This document shows, one piece after another, positions 10,909 to 25,062 of a DNA stretch of 64,000 nucleotides. The DNA lies in the NCBI GenBank assembly GCA_951406725.2, contig OX597818.1:47740001-47804000 (forward strand). The letters run 5' to 3'. Under the pieces are notes generated by a model. That model worked only from the letters and a program-made list of their open reading frames with translations, was not told where the DNA came from and did no database searches. Both the position numbers and the translations under genes were made by a program. Source of the stretch: Octopus vulgaris. Taxonomy: Eukaryota. How positions within the stretch are numbered: the stretch's first letter is position 1; every line of letters starts with the position of its first letter.

Positions 10909-12817
10909 GACAAGCTTCCACACAATTTCTGTCAGCCAAATTTACTCGCAAGGCATTGGTCAACTCGGACCTATAGTAGAAGTTACTTGCTCAAGGTGTC
11001 ACTCAGTTGGACAGAACTCTAAATCTCTAGGTTGCAAATCGACCTTCTTAGCCACACAGTCTTAAGGACCTCTTGAAAAAAAAAATACCTCGATATGCAA
11101 GATAAACGATCATGATAATAGTAGTAAATTAATAATCATGAAGATATATTTTGACGTTGGAATCAGAGAATTAGAACAGAACCATGTATGCAACCACTTA
11201 GAAGTAGAATTATCTGGATAAATAAATAAATAAATGCAAATGAGAACAAGAGTTAGATGAGTGTTAAAAACCGAGCGCATTGTCAGTCGTCAAATGTTCT
11301 GGAACGTAATAAATTGGAAACTAAGTGTCCTGAAGAGTTTAGAGCAGGTTGGAGGGAACAATTCCTCTTATTTCAAACCCAGCATCCTTATCGACCATGT
11401 ACCCCGGGGGGCCTAGGAAAAATGTATAGACTGATTATTTTGATAAAGTAGTAATTGGTCGATGTAATCGACTCTTGTCCTCTTACGGCGAAATAAAATA
11501 AACTAAAATAAATTATCGACATCCTTGCAAAAGTAGATGCATTTATTTTAGTTTGTACTTAAGTTGATACTGTGGAAACGCTTTCAAAAACAACAACAAC
11601 AACAATAAATATCTGTGACTGAATCGTCAACAATTACAACTAGTAAGGAACCAACAAAGGTGGTTGTTCGATCTGTTAGAAATCGCTGCCAAATCTCCTT
11701 CAAAGTGGCTAAAAGGAGAAAGAATACATTAGGTAATATAGTCCTAGCTTCACTGCTTTTGAAAAAAACCCCCAAAAAACAAAACGAGATAGTAAGGGCT
11801 AAAAGTATATAAGACAATTTGGTACAACCGTCTAGCGCTGCCTATTTGGTGTCGTTGATTTGTTCCGCCGACCTCCCTGAATAGGGAGGAGCGAGCCTGT
11901 TTTCTCTCGGTAGTTGCTGTTGCGAAAGAGGTTGTATGGGAGACGAGAGTAAAAGGAATTGCAACAGGCATGTTCATCTCCAGTCTCGAGCTAATCAACT
12001 TTTTCGTTTCCCTCATGAAACGGAAAATAAGGCTGGAGAAGAAATGCCTGTCGCAAAGTGTGTTTCGTAAAAGATGGAAGTCTATAGCAAGTATGTTGCG
12101 AGTGAAAGAACCTGTTTAAACGAGAATATAAAAAGGAGATAGCAAAGTCTTCAGTGTGAGTTTGTGGTTTGTGGGGTCGACCGCGTCCTCCGCTTCGTTT
12201 TTCGTAAATCACTCATTCTCATTTAATTGTATATATTTTAATTGTTTGTTTATTCATATGTTTCGTCACATTCGATACCCTGACCCCAATGTTTGTTTTG
12301 TTTGTCCACGTATCGTCCCCTCGTTTTCTCAACCTCATGGTTAATAAAGAAATTGACTTATGTGATATCAGATGTTCTCTGATATTTTTTTACTCTCTCT
12401 TTTTTTATGTGTGTGTAATATCTCTCACCCACCTTCTCTCTATCTGTATGTGTATATTTCTGCACGCGCGCGTGTTTGCCTCTAGCACCGGAAATATTGT
12501 CATCAAAATAGATTGACTGTCCGGTCAGCCATGCCAAATCGTCAGCGTTCAAATCGGTTCGCCCAATCGCCTCATTCCGCTGTTTGAACTACTCTGATCA
12601 TGGAGCAAATCATGGTCACTCAAGGCTGATCTGGGCTATAAAAACAAGCACAAAGAAACAAGTACCCCTTTGAAAACAAAGAAACAACCATCAGAACAAA
12701 AATTGAACATCTTCCAAATATTACTCAATAGTTTAAGAAATGGACGAATGTAGTGGATAAAGTAAACTTGAATATAAGAAAAAACAGACAACGCAGTTAA
12801 AGCTTAAATGTCAGTCG

Positions 12818-12884
<67 letters not shown>

Positions 12885-12885
<1 letters not shown>

Positions 12886-13108
12886 CTTTACTGCCCAGAA
12901 GGGGCTAAACATAGAGGGGACAAACAGGGACAGACGAAGGGATTGAGTCGATTATATCGCCCCCAGTGCGAAACTGGTACTTTATTTATCGACCCCGAAA
13001 GGATGAAAGGCATAGTTGACCTCGGCGGAATTTGAACTCAGAACGTAACGACAGACGAAATACCGCTAAGCATTTCGCCCGGCGCGCTAGCGTGTCTGCC
13101 AGCTCGCC
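12885..13108 (-). mobile_element. SINE family B
   Basis: Reverse complement reads ggcgagctggcaga...gagttcaaattccgccgaggtc...cctttcatcctttcggggtcgataaataaagtacc (tRNA head plus a central domain resembling the Meta domain). Confidence 0.85.
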
Positions 13109-13812
13109 TATGCGTAAATATGTGGTAACCCTGTGTAGGTTTAATTGGTTTTCGAAGCAAGTAACACACCTGAGAATTTTATTTATGATAATCTTGATTT
13201 TCTAACCAGAGAAATGTATCTGTTACTTTCCCAATCATATGAAAAAACACTGCTAAGCATCACCTTTTATGACCCCTCTGGAGCTATGGAAGACATTTAG
13301 AGATTTTGTAAATTCGTACTTAGTGACTTAGATAGAGTTGGTTATTAGATCAAGCCATAGGCAGCAAGGGGGATCCGGAGAGTTGCATTTTAAGGAAGGA
13401 AAGAGTGGGGAAAGTGTTTGTATAGGCTCTGTGTTGATGAAACAACGAACGGCGTGTAATAATTAAGGCACAAAGAGTAAAAATGGCGTAATGACCCACC
13501 GAAGACATACACACACATATAGAGTATTGACCGTCCCTGCTTCTAATAATAACAATCACTAATTACCTCTCCTAAAATTTATTTGCCTCCTGGCTCAGTT
13601 ACACAATACATTTCCTCCTACTAATATGGATGGAAAACTTCTTATGATAGATTTAAATTGTAATAGTATCTCTAATATCTTAGTCATGATTAGAAAAAGC
13701 AAAACCGGTGGACTATATGAATATTTTATCCCGTGAAATATATATGTATATATATGTTGGATCGTTAGCCCCTAAACGCAATTTTTTTCTCTCCTTGCTT
13801 CTTTTCTGTGTA

Positions 13813-13850
13813 TCTTTCTGTCGAAGAGCGTAGGCTCGAAACGTAAAAGA
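13813..13850 (+). ncRNA. Minimal HHR, variant core CUGUCGA
   Basis: tcttt CTGTCGA agagc gtag gctc GAAACGT A aaaga. Confidence 0.6.
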
Positions 13851-14020
13851 CTTGTTTTATTTCTATTCCTGAGCGCCATACTAATACATTGTTTGTTTGT
13901 ACTCCACCTGCCTTCGTTTGTACTCCACCTGCCCGTTATATATATATATATAGTATTTTCTTTCTTTTATATTTTCCCTACAATTCAACACTTGGGGAAA
14001 ATCTTTTCATCGAAGTTTTT

Positions 14021-14087
<67 letters not shown>

Positions 14088-14088
<1 letters not shown>

Positions 14089-14494
14089 TTACTCTCTCTT
14101 TTACTTGTTTCAGTCATTTGACTGCGGCCATGCTGGAGCACCGCCTTTAATCGAGCAACTCGACCCCGGAACTTATTCTATTGTAAGCCCAGTACTTATT
14201 CTATCGGTCTCTTTTGCCGAACCGCTAAGTGACGGGGACACAAACACACCAGCATCTGTTGTCAAGCAATGCTATGGGGACAAACACAGACACACAAACA
14301 CACACACGCATACATATATATATATACATATATACGACGGGCTTCTTTCAGTTTCCGTCTACCAAATCCACTCACAAGGCATTGGTCGGCCCGAGGCTAT
14401 AGTAGAAGACACTTGCCCAAGGTGCCACACAGTGGGACTGAACCCGGAACCATGTGGTTGGTAGACAGGCTACTTACCACACAGCCACTCCTGC
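14088..14494 (-). mobile_element. SINE family A
   Basis: Full-length reverse copy. Confidence 0.9.
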
Positions 14495-14753
14495 GAAAAT
14501 GTATAATAAATACAAAACGCGGTTTATACCATGTTTCGTCATTATGATTATTTGTTTTGTATATCATAATCAGTAATACTGCTAAGTACAATAGTAATCA
14601 CACCACTCTACGCAAATGAGGACGAACACCATTTCTCTATGTGATCGGCTTCAAAAATTGCTAAGATATTAAGATGGTAACTTTAATATACAAATAAAAA
14701 AAATTATCCACTAATGCGGCGTGGAGCACTCATTATTATTGTTCGACATTTAC

Positions 14754-14834
<81 letters not shown>

Positions 14835-14890
14835 CATACACATATATATTTATGCATGTGTGTGTGTGTGAGTGTATGTGTGTAAAATAT

Positions 14891-15215
14891 GAGAGAAAGA
14901 AAATGGAATTCACAAGACTATTATTCACTACGATTGTCTCGTCCCATCATGTACTGGTGCCTCACGGGTGAGACACTGTTTAAACAGTTGTGGTGCATCA
15001 TTGGTGCAGATGTGTCTCATCAGGTAATTGGTAAAAATGTACCTCGTTCTTTAAACTCGGTATTTTGTTGATAATTCACCTAACAAGACATATCTGCAAC
15101 TATGATGCACCACAACTGTTTAAATAACGTCTCACCCGTGAGGCACCGGTGTACGATGCGTCGAAACGATCGTAGTGAATGATAAAGAATCTAGTGAATT
15201 CCATTTTCTTTCTCT
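14891..15215. mobile_element. Fold-back element with HHR-bearing inverted arms
   Basis: 14891-15028 and 15073-15215 are inverted. Consensus attcac CTGATGA gac..~76 nt..gtc GAAAC GATC GTA gtgaat. Confidence 0.7.
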
Positions 15216-15813
15216 AGTATTTCATAAACTCTACGGACATGAATGAATTTCTTAAGTAAAACCACAGGCACATACAATCATACTGTTAATGACATCAGGT
15301 CGTTGAATGCTGTGAACGGGGTTTAAACAGCATATACAAATAAAATGTGATAAAACCTAAAATGCTAATACGAGTGAAGTCGAACGAAGAAAATTATATG
15401 GATTAAATTAATGCATAATAAAAGCGACTAAAAATTTAAGGCAATTAAATTAAAATAATATAAATATAAATATAAATAAAGGGCAAAGAGGTAACCAGAA
15501 AAGAGTCCATTCAAATCCATCTCAACGATCGTTTCAAAAAACGTTCCTTCACTTCGTTAATGTAAAATCCATTAAGGAAATGCAAAGGCAATGACCTTTG
15601 CTTCAGGAGAATATTTACAAAAGCCACACCTTCTTAAATCGATTGTAAAATAGGGCGGTAAAATATATAGCGTTCAATGACATAGGGTAATCAGTCAAAT
15701 AAAATTCTTCCTTTCGTCTCAGTGTTACCCGACCACTTCCATCTGCAGTCCTATTTTTATTCTTCGGTTTAACGAAATTACTTTTCGGTTTCACGAAATT
15801 ATAAAATTATATA

Positions 15814-16672
<859 letters not shown>

Positions 16673-16708
16673 TATAAATAAATAAATAAATTTATATATA
16701 TATATATA

Positions 16709-16739
<31 letters not shown>

Positions 16740-16792
16740 ATATATATATATATATCTGTAAATGTAATATGTGACAATTATTCGGTAGCCAT

Positions 16793-16853
16793 GATAAAAC
16801 TCCGAGTCTCGGATGCCGAAGTGAAAATCCACGCCATCATCTCTTCAGTTATC
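16793..16853 (-). ncRNA. Type I HHR motif with a GAAA>GAGA lesion
   Basis: Reverse complement gataa CTGAAGA gatg...catc c GAGACTCGGAGT T ttatc, between TA tracts. Confidence 0.55.
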
Positions 16854-16872
16854 CAGCCATCGGAAAAAATGC

Positions 16873-16970
<98 letters not shown>

Positions 16971-17304
16971 TGCAACCGTATTTTGTTATGCAACGAGAAT
17001 ATACTACCAAATATATCAAAGGCTAATAAGTCAATATCGTGTGCTACTTGTGTTAGAAATGCTATTCAATCGTGTTTTAAAAGTATTCTCAACTGATGTT
17101 TCCAAAAAGAAACTAAACCCAGCACTGAAAGTTACGACGTTCCGTATGCGAATACGTCTATGTAAAGAATGCGATCGAAGATCGAAAAATATGTAATGGT
17201 TGTATATGCATTTTTCAGGGAGTTCTTGCTCCTTCTTCAGCACCATCTCCAACCCATTAACCATCTACGAACGCATTGCTTAAATGGGCGCAGAATTTAG
17301 CGAT

Positions 17305-17367
<63 letters not shown>

Positions 17368-17690
17368 ATGTATGCCAGCAAACATGTACGTACGATCCAG
17401 CGAGTCAATTCCTAAAGGTTAAATATGATGTCAGGAAAATTTGGCTCACATTTCGATCGAACGTGCAGAGATGTTCCCTCGTTGGCTGTAGGTAAATTTT
17501 GTAGTTTAGCTTAGACAGAGATGAATCTACGATGAAAAGTATTACAATCGTGACCATCCCATCTTTATGCATATCAGGAAGCAGATGGTCTAACAAATAA
17601 TACAGTAGGTTGAGATTTGTGGGGAATTTTCCTGTTATTTCTAGTTAGTCGAGGGACCATGTAAAAGTTCCCATTTTGGGAACTGAAACT

Positions 17691-17710
17691 AGGTGACGTC
17701 ACCTTATAAA
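17691..17710. promoter_or_regulatory. CRE inside a 14-bp palindrome abutting a TATA-like box
   Basis: AGGTGACGTCACCT TATAAA within non-repetitive sequence. Confidence 0.3.
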
Positions 17711-17898
17711 GGGAGCAAGTATTTAGGGACAGCCAGAAGAGCAGACGATATTGTCTTCTGCCGGGATGAAGGAAAAACGTCACGCTGTCCGTCTGCCCGT
17801 CTGTCTATTTCTGTCTGTCTGTCTCTCTCTCTTATACTTTCTATTTCATTACTTCAGAGTGGTGGTTGATATAAGATCAATTATTATAAGGATACCGT

Positions 17899-17961
<63 letters not shown>

Positions 17962-19387
17962 AGATTGAGAAACAGAGACAGTTAAAGAGGGAAAATACTA
18001 TTTGTGTGCCCTTGGAAGGAGTTACATATTTTCCTTCTCTTTTTCTTTCTTACTTATTTCTTTTCTTTCTTTTCCTCCCTCTTTTCTCCGTTTTCTTTTC
18101 ATTTTTCCTGCCTTTCTTTCCCTATTTCCTTCCTTGCTCCCTCACCCTTTCCTGTCTTTCTTCCTTCCTTCCTTCTTCCTTTCTTTCTTTTTATCTTTCT
18201 TCCTTCCATACTTCTTTTCAAATTGATCAAGGGCGAAACTCTATCACTACAGCATTCTATCAACAACTATAACAGGGATAGCTTTCAAAGAATCACAACA
18301 GCAACCACAATAAAAGCAGTTGAGATACGTGCAGAAACTTTAGAAATGCTAAAAAAAGAAAAAAAAAGAACCAAAAAGAAAACCCTAACGGAAGGGAAAA
18401 ATAAACACGCAAACACATACTCAAAACTTCCCCTCCTAAACCCACGAGCATATACGGTTTGTTCTAGAAATAGGTAACAAAGATATAGGAAAAGAATACA
18501 CACCTAGTTTGGTGTCCAATGTTGGTCTATGACCAAGAGAGGAAACTTCAATATTCACACTAGGTTGCAAAAATCTAAATATTGACTTCTTTTAATTCAA
18601 TATTTCCGAATGAAACAACATCACGTTGGCCAATATTTTAGTTTATGAATGTCACTGTTCGAATCACAAGAACGAAAGAAAAAATATATAATAATATAAA
18701 GAAAATGAAGCTATAATGCACAATGCGATAGCATTTATTTATGTATTATTGTAAATTTATAATTTATTATTAATTTACTGAAGAGAACATCCAGTGTAAT
18801 ATAAATAACGCATGTCATACGGGATGTTAAATAACAAACAATCGCTCAGAATGTCTTATCAATACTTGGTTTCGAGTGTGTATGTATATGTATGTATGTA
18901 TATATACGCTAGAAAAAAATTGAAACATGCATACATATATTTGCATGTATTCAAATATATTTTTTGTTTCTGGCGTTCTCGCAATTCAATCACAATTTTC
19001 TTTAGCTAATGTTTGAATGTAAGATATTGTTAAACAAATAAACTTTGAGTTGACCGAACGGCAGAAACAAACAATAGTGAAGGATGATTTCGTTGGGTTG
19101 ACATTAAGTGGGTGGTGGCTATAGAAGAAAGAAAGCAAGAAAGAAAATGGTAAACAAAAGAAGGAAACCGGTAAGGAAGAACATGATGTATTGAATTTAA
19201 TATGAATTTAATATTAATTTAAAAATCAAGGGACACCATCGTTTCCTTGTGTAAAATACTTCATTCACATTATAGACACAATAGGAATTCGAGTTGATTC
19301 ACGTTTGACAAATATATTCTAACTAGCTGAAGGTGACCCGCTCTACGCGCGGGTAAGAGTGTGGTTGTTACTTTCTGTTGCTTCCTT

Positions 19388-19706
19388 TCAGCACGTAAAA
19401 AGCACCATCCGAACGTGGCGGATTGCAGCGCCGCCTTGACTGGCTTCTGTGCCAGTGACACGTAAAAAGCACCAACCGATCGTTGGCCGCTGCCAGCCCC
19501 CTGGCACCTGTGCAGCGGCACGAAAAAAGCACCCACTACGCTCACAGAGTGGTTGGCGTTAGGAAGGGCATCCACCTGTCGAAACACTGCCAGATCAGAC
19601 TGGAGCCTGGTGCAGCCTCCTGGCTTCCCAGACCCCTGTCAAACTGTCCAACCCGTGCTAGCACGGAAAACGGACGTTAAACGATGATGATGATGATGAT
19701 GATGAT
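19388..19706 (+). mobile_element. RTE-type retroposon 3' end inside the Helitron (second copy at 21500-21811)
   Basis: ggttggcgttaggaagggcatcc...ggacgttaaac followed by a (GAT)n tail. Confidence 0.65.
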
Positions 19707-20393
19707 TCTCCCTCTTTGTTTCTTTCTCTTTCTCTCTCACTTTCCCACTCTCTTACTCTTCCTTTCTCTCGGACTCTCCCTCGCTTTCTCTTACTCTCTA
19801 TCTTTATCTATCTCTCTTCCATTTATAAACAACAAAAGATCTTGAGTAAGTTGAGAAATAAAATATTTAGAAAGATCAATCATAAATATCAGGCAGTTAC
19901 AAAGGAAAGGTCTGCTTCAAGACAGACAGCAAAACACTAACATTTAAAAGGGACAGACAAACTTGCGAGCTGAATAAAAATAATAAAATATTGGAAACCA
20001 AAGTTTGAAGGGATAGAATTTGAGGATAGTAGAGTCACCATAGCTGGCATTTCTTAACGACGGACAGCAACGTATTGACAGTTGAACGGCGGCGTAAAAT
20101 TTTGAACTTGATGTAAAAGAAAATCCCTAAAAACCAAGTTTTGACTTGATTCTTTCTCACGACAGTAGACTCACGATGGCAAGCATTCAAAACTTCTTCA
20201 TCATGGACGGCAACACATTGACGATTAAAAGGCTGGAGCAAATTTTTTAGCTTGATGTAATAGAGAATTGCTAAACACCCGCTTCTTTAAATTTTAATCC
20301 CCTTCCAGCCCCATTTATACCCCTTTTCACATTTTGGTTAATATAACCCGATTTCATTTGGGTCTACTGGGGCCACATTTTATAAGATGAGGA

Positions 20394-20590
20394 CTCAACC
20401 AAGTTTCCCAAGTTCTGGTCATAGACCATAGAACACTCAACCAAGTTTCCCGATTTCTGGTCATAGACCATAGAACAGTCAAGCAAGTTTCCTGAGTTCT
20501 GGTCATAGACCATAGAACACTCAACCAAGTTTCCCGAGTTCTGGTCATAGACCATAGAACACTAAACCAAGTTTCCCGAGTTCTGGTCAT
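20394..20590. repeat. 42-bp minisatellite, about 4.7 copies
   Basis: Unit ctcaaccaagtttcccgagttctggtcatagaccatagaaca. Confidence 0.9.
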
Positions 20591-20836
20591 TTGCAGAATA
20601 AATAGAGACGGTGGAGGTGGCAGACGTCGTTGCAATGTAAACATGATTTGTTATAAGAGAAAGATTGTCCAGATTGTGTGTTGGTGGTGTTGGTGGTGGC
20701 GATGATAATTATCATTAGGAAAAAGAGTGAGTGAGTGAGGAAGACATACATAAGTTGTGGCGATGATAATTGTAGACCCCTTTTCACATTTTGATGAAGA
20801 GAACCCGATTTCATTCGGGTGTACTGGGGCCACATA

Positions 20837-20879
<43 letters not shown>

Positions 20880-20983
20880 ACGCTGTAGAAATTAAATTAG
20901 AGATAAAACCACTAATAGGGAAATGAAACAGTAAAAAACCAAAAACAAAAACATAAAAATAAAAATATAATATTAGATATATG

Positions 20984-21014
<31 letters not shown>

Positions 21015-22624
21015 TGACAGGTAGACAATAGAATGCGATGGCGATGGGGATGGCGATGTAATATTTGTTACTGTCCATGGACGCTGATAGATACATGAGT
21101 AAAATGTATAGGAAGGTAATAGATAAGAGTGAGTGAAAATGTTCTTGGAAGATAGTAAAGAGCGACAGAGTGATTTGAGGAAGACTTTACATTAAATAAC
21201 GGTAGTTGCATTGTCAAATGAATAGGAGTGACAGAGTACTGGAGGAAATAGGGTGAGGTAGGAAGATGGCCCCTAGCAACCACACCTTTTAAGATAGGGA
21301 TTTCTAAGGTAGCCCACGCGCATCGTCACCTCATTCTACATGTCCGTGTAAATTTTGGAGCGAATCGGACGGGACGTAGTGGCATTGAAAGCGAACCAAG
21401 CGGTAAAAACGCATTTCAGTTTTATATATAGAGACTAGCTGAAGGTGACCCGCTCTACGCGCGGGTAAGAGTGTGGGTGTTACTTTCTGTTGCTTCCTTT
21501 CAGCACGTAAAAAGCACCATCCGAACGTGGCCGATTGCAGCACCGCCTTGACTTGCTTCTGTGCTGGTGGCACGTAAAAAGCACCAACCGATCGTTGCCA
21601 CTGCGAGCCCCCGTGGCACCAGTGCCGTCGGCACGAAAAAAGCACTCACTACACTCACAGTGTGGTTGGCGTTAGGAAGGTCATCCACCTGTAGAAACAC
21701 TGCCAGATCAGACTGGAGCCTGGTGCAGCCTCCTGGCTTCCGAGACCCGATCACACTGCCCAACCCGTGCTAGCACGGAAAACGGACGTTAAACGATGAT
21801 GATGATGATGATTCTCCGTATTTGTTTCTCTCTCACTTTCCCACTCTCTTACTTTTCTTTTCTCTCTGACTCTCCCTCGCTTTCTCTTACTCTCTATCTT
21901 TATCTATCTCTCTCCCATTTATAAACAACAGAAGATCTTGAGTAAGTTGAGAAATAAAATATTTAGAAAGATCAATCAGAAATATGAGGCAGTGGCAATG
22001 GAAAGGTCTGCTTCAAGGCAGACAGCAAAACGCTAACATTCAAAAGGGACAGACGAACTTGCGAGCTGAATAAAAATAATAAAATATTGGAAACCAAAGT
22101 TTGAAGGGATAGAATCTGAGGATAGTAGAGTCACCATGGCTGGCATTTGTTAACGGCGGACAGCAACGTAGTGACAGTTTAACGGCTGGCGTAAAATTTT
22201 GAACTTGATGTAAAAGAAAATTCGTAAACACCAATTTTTAAGTGATTCTTTCTCACGACAGTAGACTCACCATGGCAAGCATTCAAAACTTCTTTATCAT
22301 GGACGGCAACACATTGACGATTAAAAGGCTGGCGCAAATGTTTTAGCTTGATGCAACAGAGAATTCCTAAACACCCGCTCTTTGAAATTTTAATCCCCTT
22401 CCAGCCCCATTTAGACCCCTTTTCACATTTTGGTTAATATAACCCGATTTCATTCGGGTGTACTGGGGCCACATTTTATAAGATGAGGAATTTTGTCCTA
22501 GAGGTGACGCCTTTCATTTGAGGAACAAAATAGTTGTGATGCAAACTTGTCAGCACTTTTAACATAGGTGTGCATATTTTCAGGTGAATCGACCGACTAC
22601 GTAATGCACACATATATATATGTG

Positions 22625-22656
<32 letters not shown>

Positions 22657-22799
22657 CACGCATTATATATACAAATGTATACAAATGAGATATATATCTG
22701 TATAAATTAAATTAGAGATAAAACCACTAATAGGCAAATCAAACAGTGAAAAACCAAAAACAAAAACATAAAAAAAGGAAATATAACATAGAAAATATA

Positions 22800-23626
22800 T
22801 CTATATATATAAAACTGTAGTTGTGTGAGTGTCTGTCCCCTTCGATTTAGATTCCTAACTACTCCCAAATTTTGCGGTGCAGTTTAACCAAATTCGGGTA
22901 TCTTATAGTCGTGATTCATATCGAGCCCTTCTGGGTATTAGCGCGCGTCTACGATGAGTCTACGATTTAAAAAAAAATTTACCATCATTTTTTATTCCAT
23001 TTTAATGCATTTTTTCGTATGTGAAGGAGTGTAAGGAAATCAACGTCGTAATGCGTTGTGAAGGAGACCAGCGTTCTTTTAGAACAACGACTTCATGGCT
23101 TGAAGTCGCCAAAACAGAAATCGCTAAAAAAGCTGAAACAGATCCACAAAAACGGCAAAAACCGCCACACAGGGCAGGTTTCCTGTGCAAACAATTTGCA
23201 CAACCGAATGTTTTAGTTGTTGCACAAATCTTTATATCTAAAAGTAAGGTTGTGTGTCTGTCTCCTACGATTTAGATTCCTAACTACTCCCACATTTTGC
23301 GGTGCAGTGTAACCAAAACCGGGTATCTTATAGTCGTGATTCATATCGAGCCCTTCTGGGTATTAGCGCGCGTCTACGATGAGTCTACGATTTAAAGAAA
23401 ATTTACCATCATTTTTTATTCCATTTTAATGCATTTTTCGCTATTATATAAGGGAAGTAACTCTCTAAAAATGTCTACGATGAGTCAACGATTTAAAAAA
23501 GAAATTACTATAATTTTTTATCCCATCTTTAATGCATTTTTTGCTATTTTTTTTGCTATAACTAACTAAAAATGCTTATATAGTTATTCCCTTACAAACC
23601 CGAGCAACGCCGGGCGATACTGCTAG
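22800..23626 (+). mobile_element. Second Helitron family nested in unit 2, with a duplicated 5' part
   Basis: A|TCTATATATATAAAACTG start; cccgagcaacgccggg hairpin plus CTAG|T end; 22815-23015 recurs at 23248-23440. Confidence 0.8.
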
Positions 23627-23774
23627 TAAAATATAAAATTGAAAACTTTAAATTATTTAAATTGAAAATAAAAATTATGAAATTATATTTATAATTTGTT
23701 TAAAAATATATATAACTATGAAAAAGTATGAAAAAGTTTAATATACATAATACAGATATATACACTTTGTATAT

Positions 23775-24080
23775 ATACATTATATATACATATTTATATA
23801 TAGAACACACACACACACATACATTATATATACATATTTATATATAGAACACACACACACACACACATACATTATATATACATATTTATATATAGAACAC
23901 ACACACACACATACATTATATATACATATTTATATATAGAACACACACACACACATACATTATATATACATATTTATATATAGAACACACACACGTACGT
24001 TATATATACATATTTATATATAGAACACACACACACATACATTATATATACATATATATAACACACACACACACACACAT
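23775..24080. repeat. ~40-46 bp minisatellite with a variable (AC)n
   Basis: atacattatatatacatatttatatatagaa(ca)n repeated about 7 times. Confidence 0.9.
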
Positions 24081-24611
24081 ATAAATGAACGCAAGAATAT
24101 CTGATTCATAATATTTGTTCTCATGCTCGTGTGTTGATTGTTGGTGACAGACATATCCTTCAAAGAACGCCGCCGAAGTGATAGGAAGGTAGGAAACAGA
24201 GTCAGTGAAAAAGAAAGGAAATAGCGATAGTGACAGATACTTTAAATAACCGTAGTGGCATTCTGAAAGTTATAAATGAAGAGGAGTGACAGAGTACTGG
24301 AGGAAATAGGGTCAGGTAGGAAGATGACCCCTAGAAACCACAGCTTTTAAGATAGGGATTTCTAAGGTAGCCCACGCGCATCGTCACCTCATTCTACATG
24401 TCCGTGTAAATTTTGGAGCGAATCGGACGGGATGTAGTGGCATTGAAAGCGAACCAAGCGGTAAAAAGGCATTTCAGTTTTATATATAGAGATTATGAGT
24501 CAAGTTACATTATTTGTTGCATATGGCGGAATTTGATCTCGGACGAAATGCCGCTAAGCATTTTCCCCGGCTTGCTAACGATTCTTGTAGTTCGCTGCTT
24601 TATGCGCATCT

Positions 24612-25062
24612 TGGATCTTTTCGGTTTGAATGGCAGTTTTTAACATAATTTCTAGGTAACTAAACACTTTTAAACTTCGTATACTGGTAGAATGTGTTTA
24701 TAAAACATCTTTTTCTCTTGGCTTTATTGAGAAAATTCTATAGTTTGTAAGATATTTGTTGTTTTTTTCTTCAATTTCTGCAATTTCAACCAATCAGTAA
24801 CGTCTATTGAGTTAAAAAGCATTCTGTGCCGTATGAATATGTCCCTCGTTTAAGAAACAGATTGGGTTTATTTACATTTGTGAAGAAAAAAAGATACCCT
24901 TCCCCCACCCCTAACCCTAACCCTAACCCTAACCCTAACCCTAACTAACCCTAACCCTAAAAGAGATTGAAATGCAATAGATCGATTCTAGGGTCATAAT
25001 TATGGGTGACAATTTCATATGACACCGCTAGAAAAAACTGCCGTTCAAACCGAAAAGATCCC
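24612..25062. mobile_element. MITE with ~29-bp TIRs carrying (CCCTAA)n
   Basis: ggatcttttcggtttgaatggcagttttt / aaaaactgccgttcaaaccgaaaagatcc; interrupts a family B SINE. Confidence 0.85.

Larger units (their letters stand above)
19323..21434 (-). mobile_element. Non-autonomous Helitron, unit 1
   Basis: Reverse-complement 3' end acccgc-gcgtaga-gcgggt hairpin plus CTAG|T; 5' end TCTCTATATATAAAACTG. Confidence 0.8.
21435..24492 (-). mobile_element. Non-autonomous Helitron, unit 2 (head-to-tail with unit 1)
   Basis: Same 3' hairpin/CTAG and the same 5' A|TCTC end; colinear with unit 1. Confidence 0.8.

Noticed and set aside
20394-20590. CRISPR-like array of hairpin-containing repeats
   Set aside because: Units are contiguous with no unique spacers, no cas genes are present, and the context is eukaryotic.
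24908-24960. Telomere or chromosome-fusion relic
   Set aside because: The repeats are internal to a TIR-bounded MITE that is present twice.
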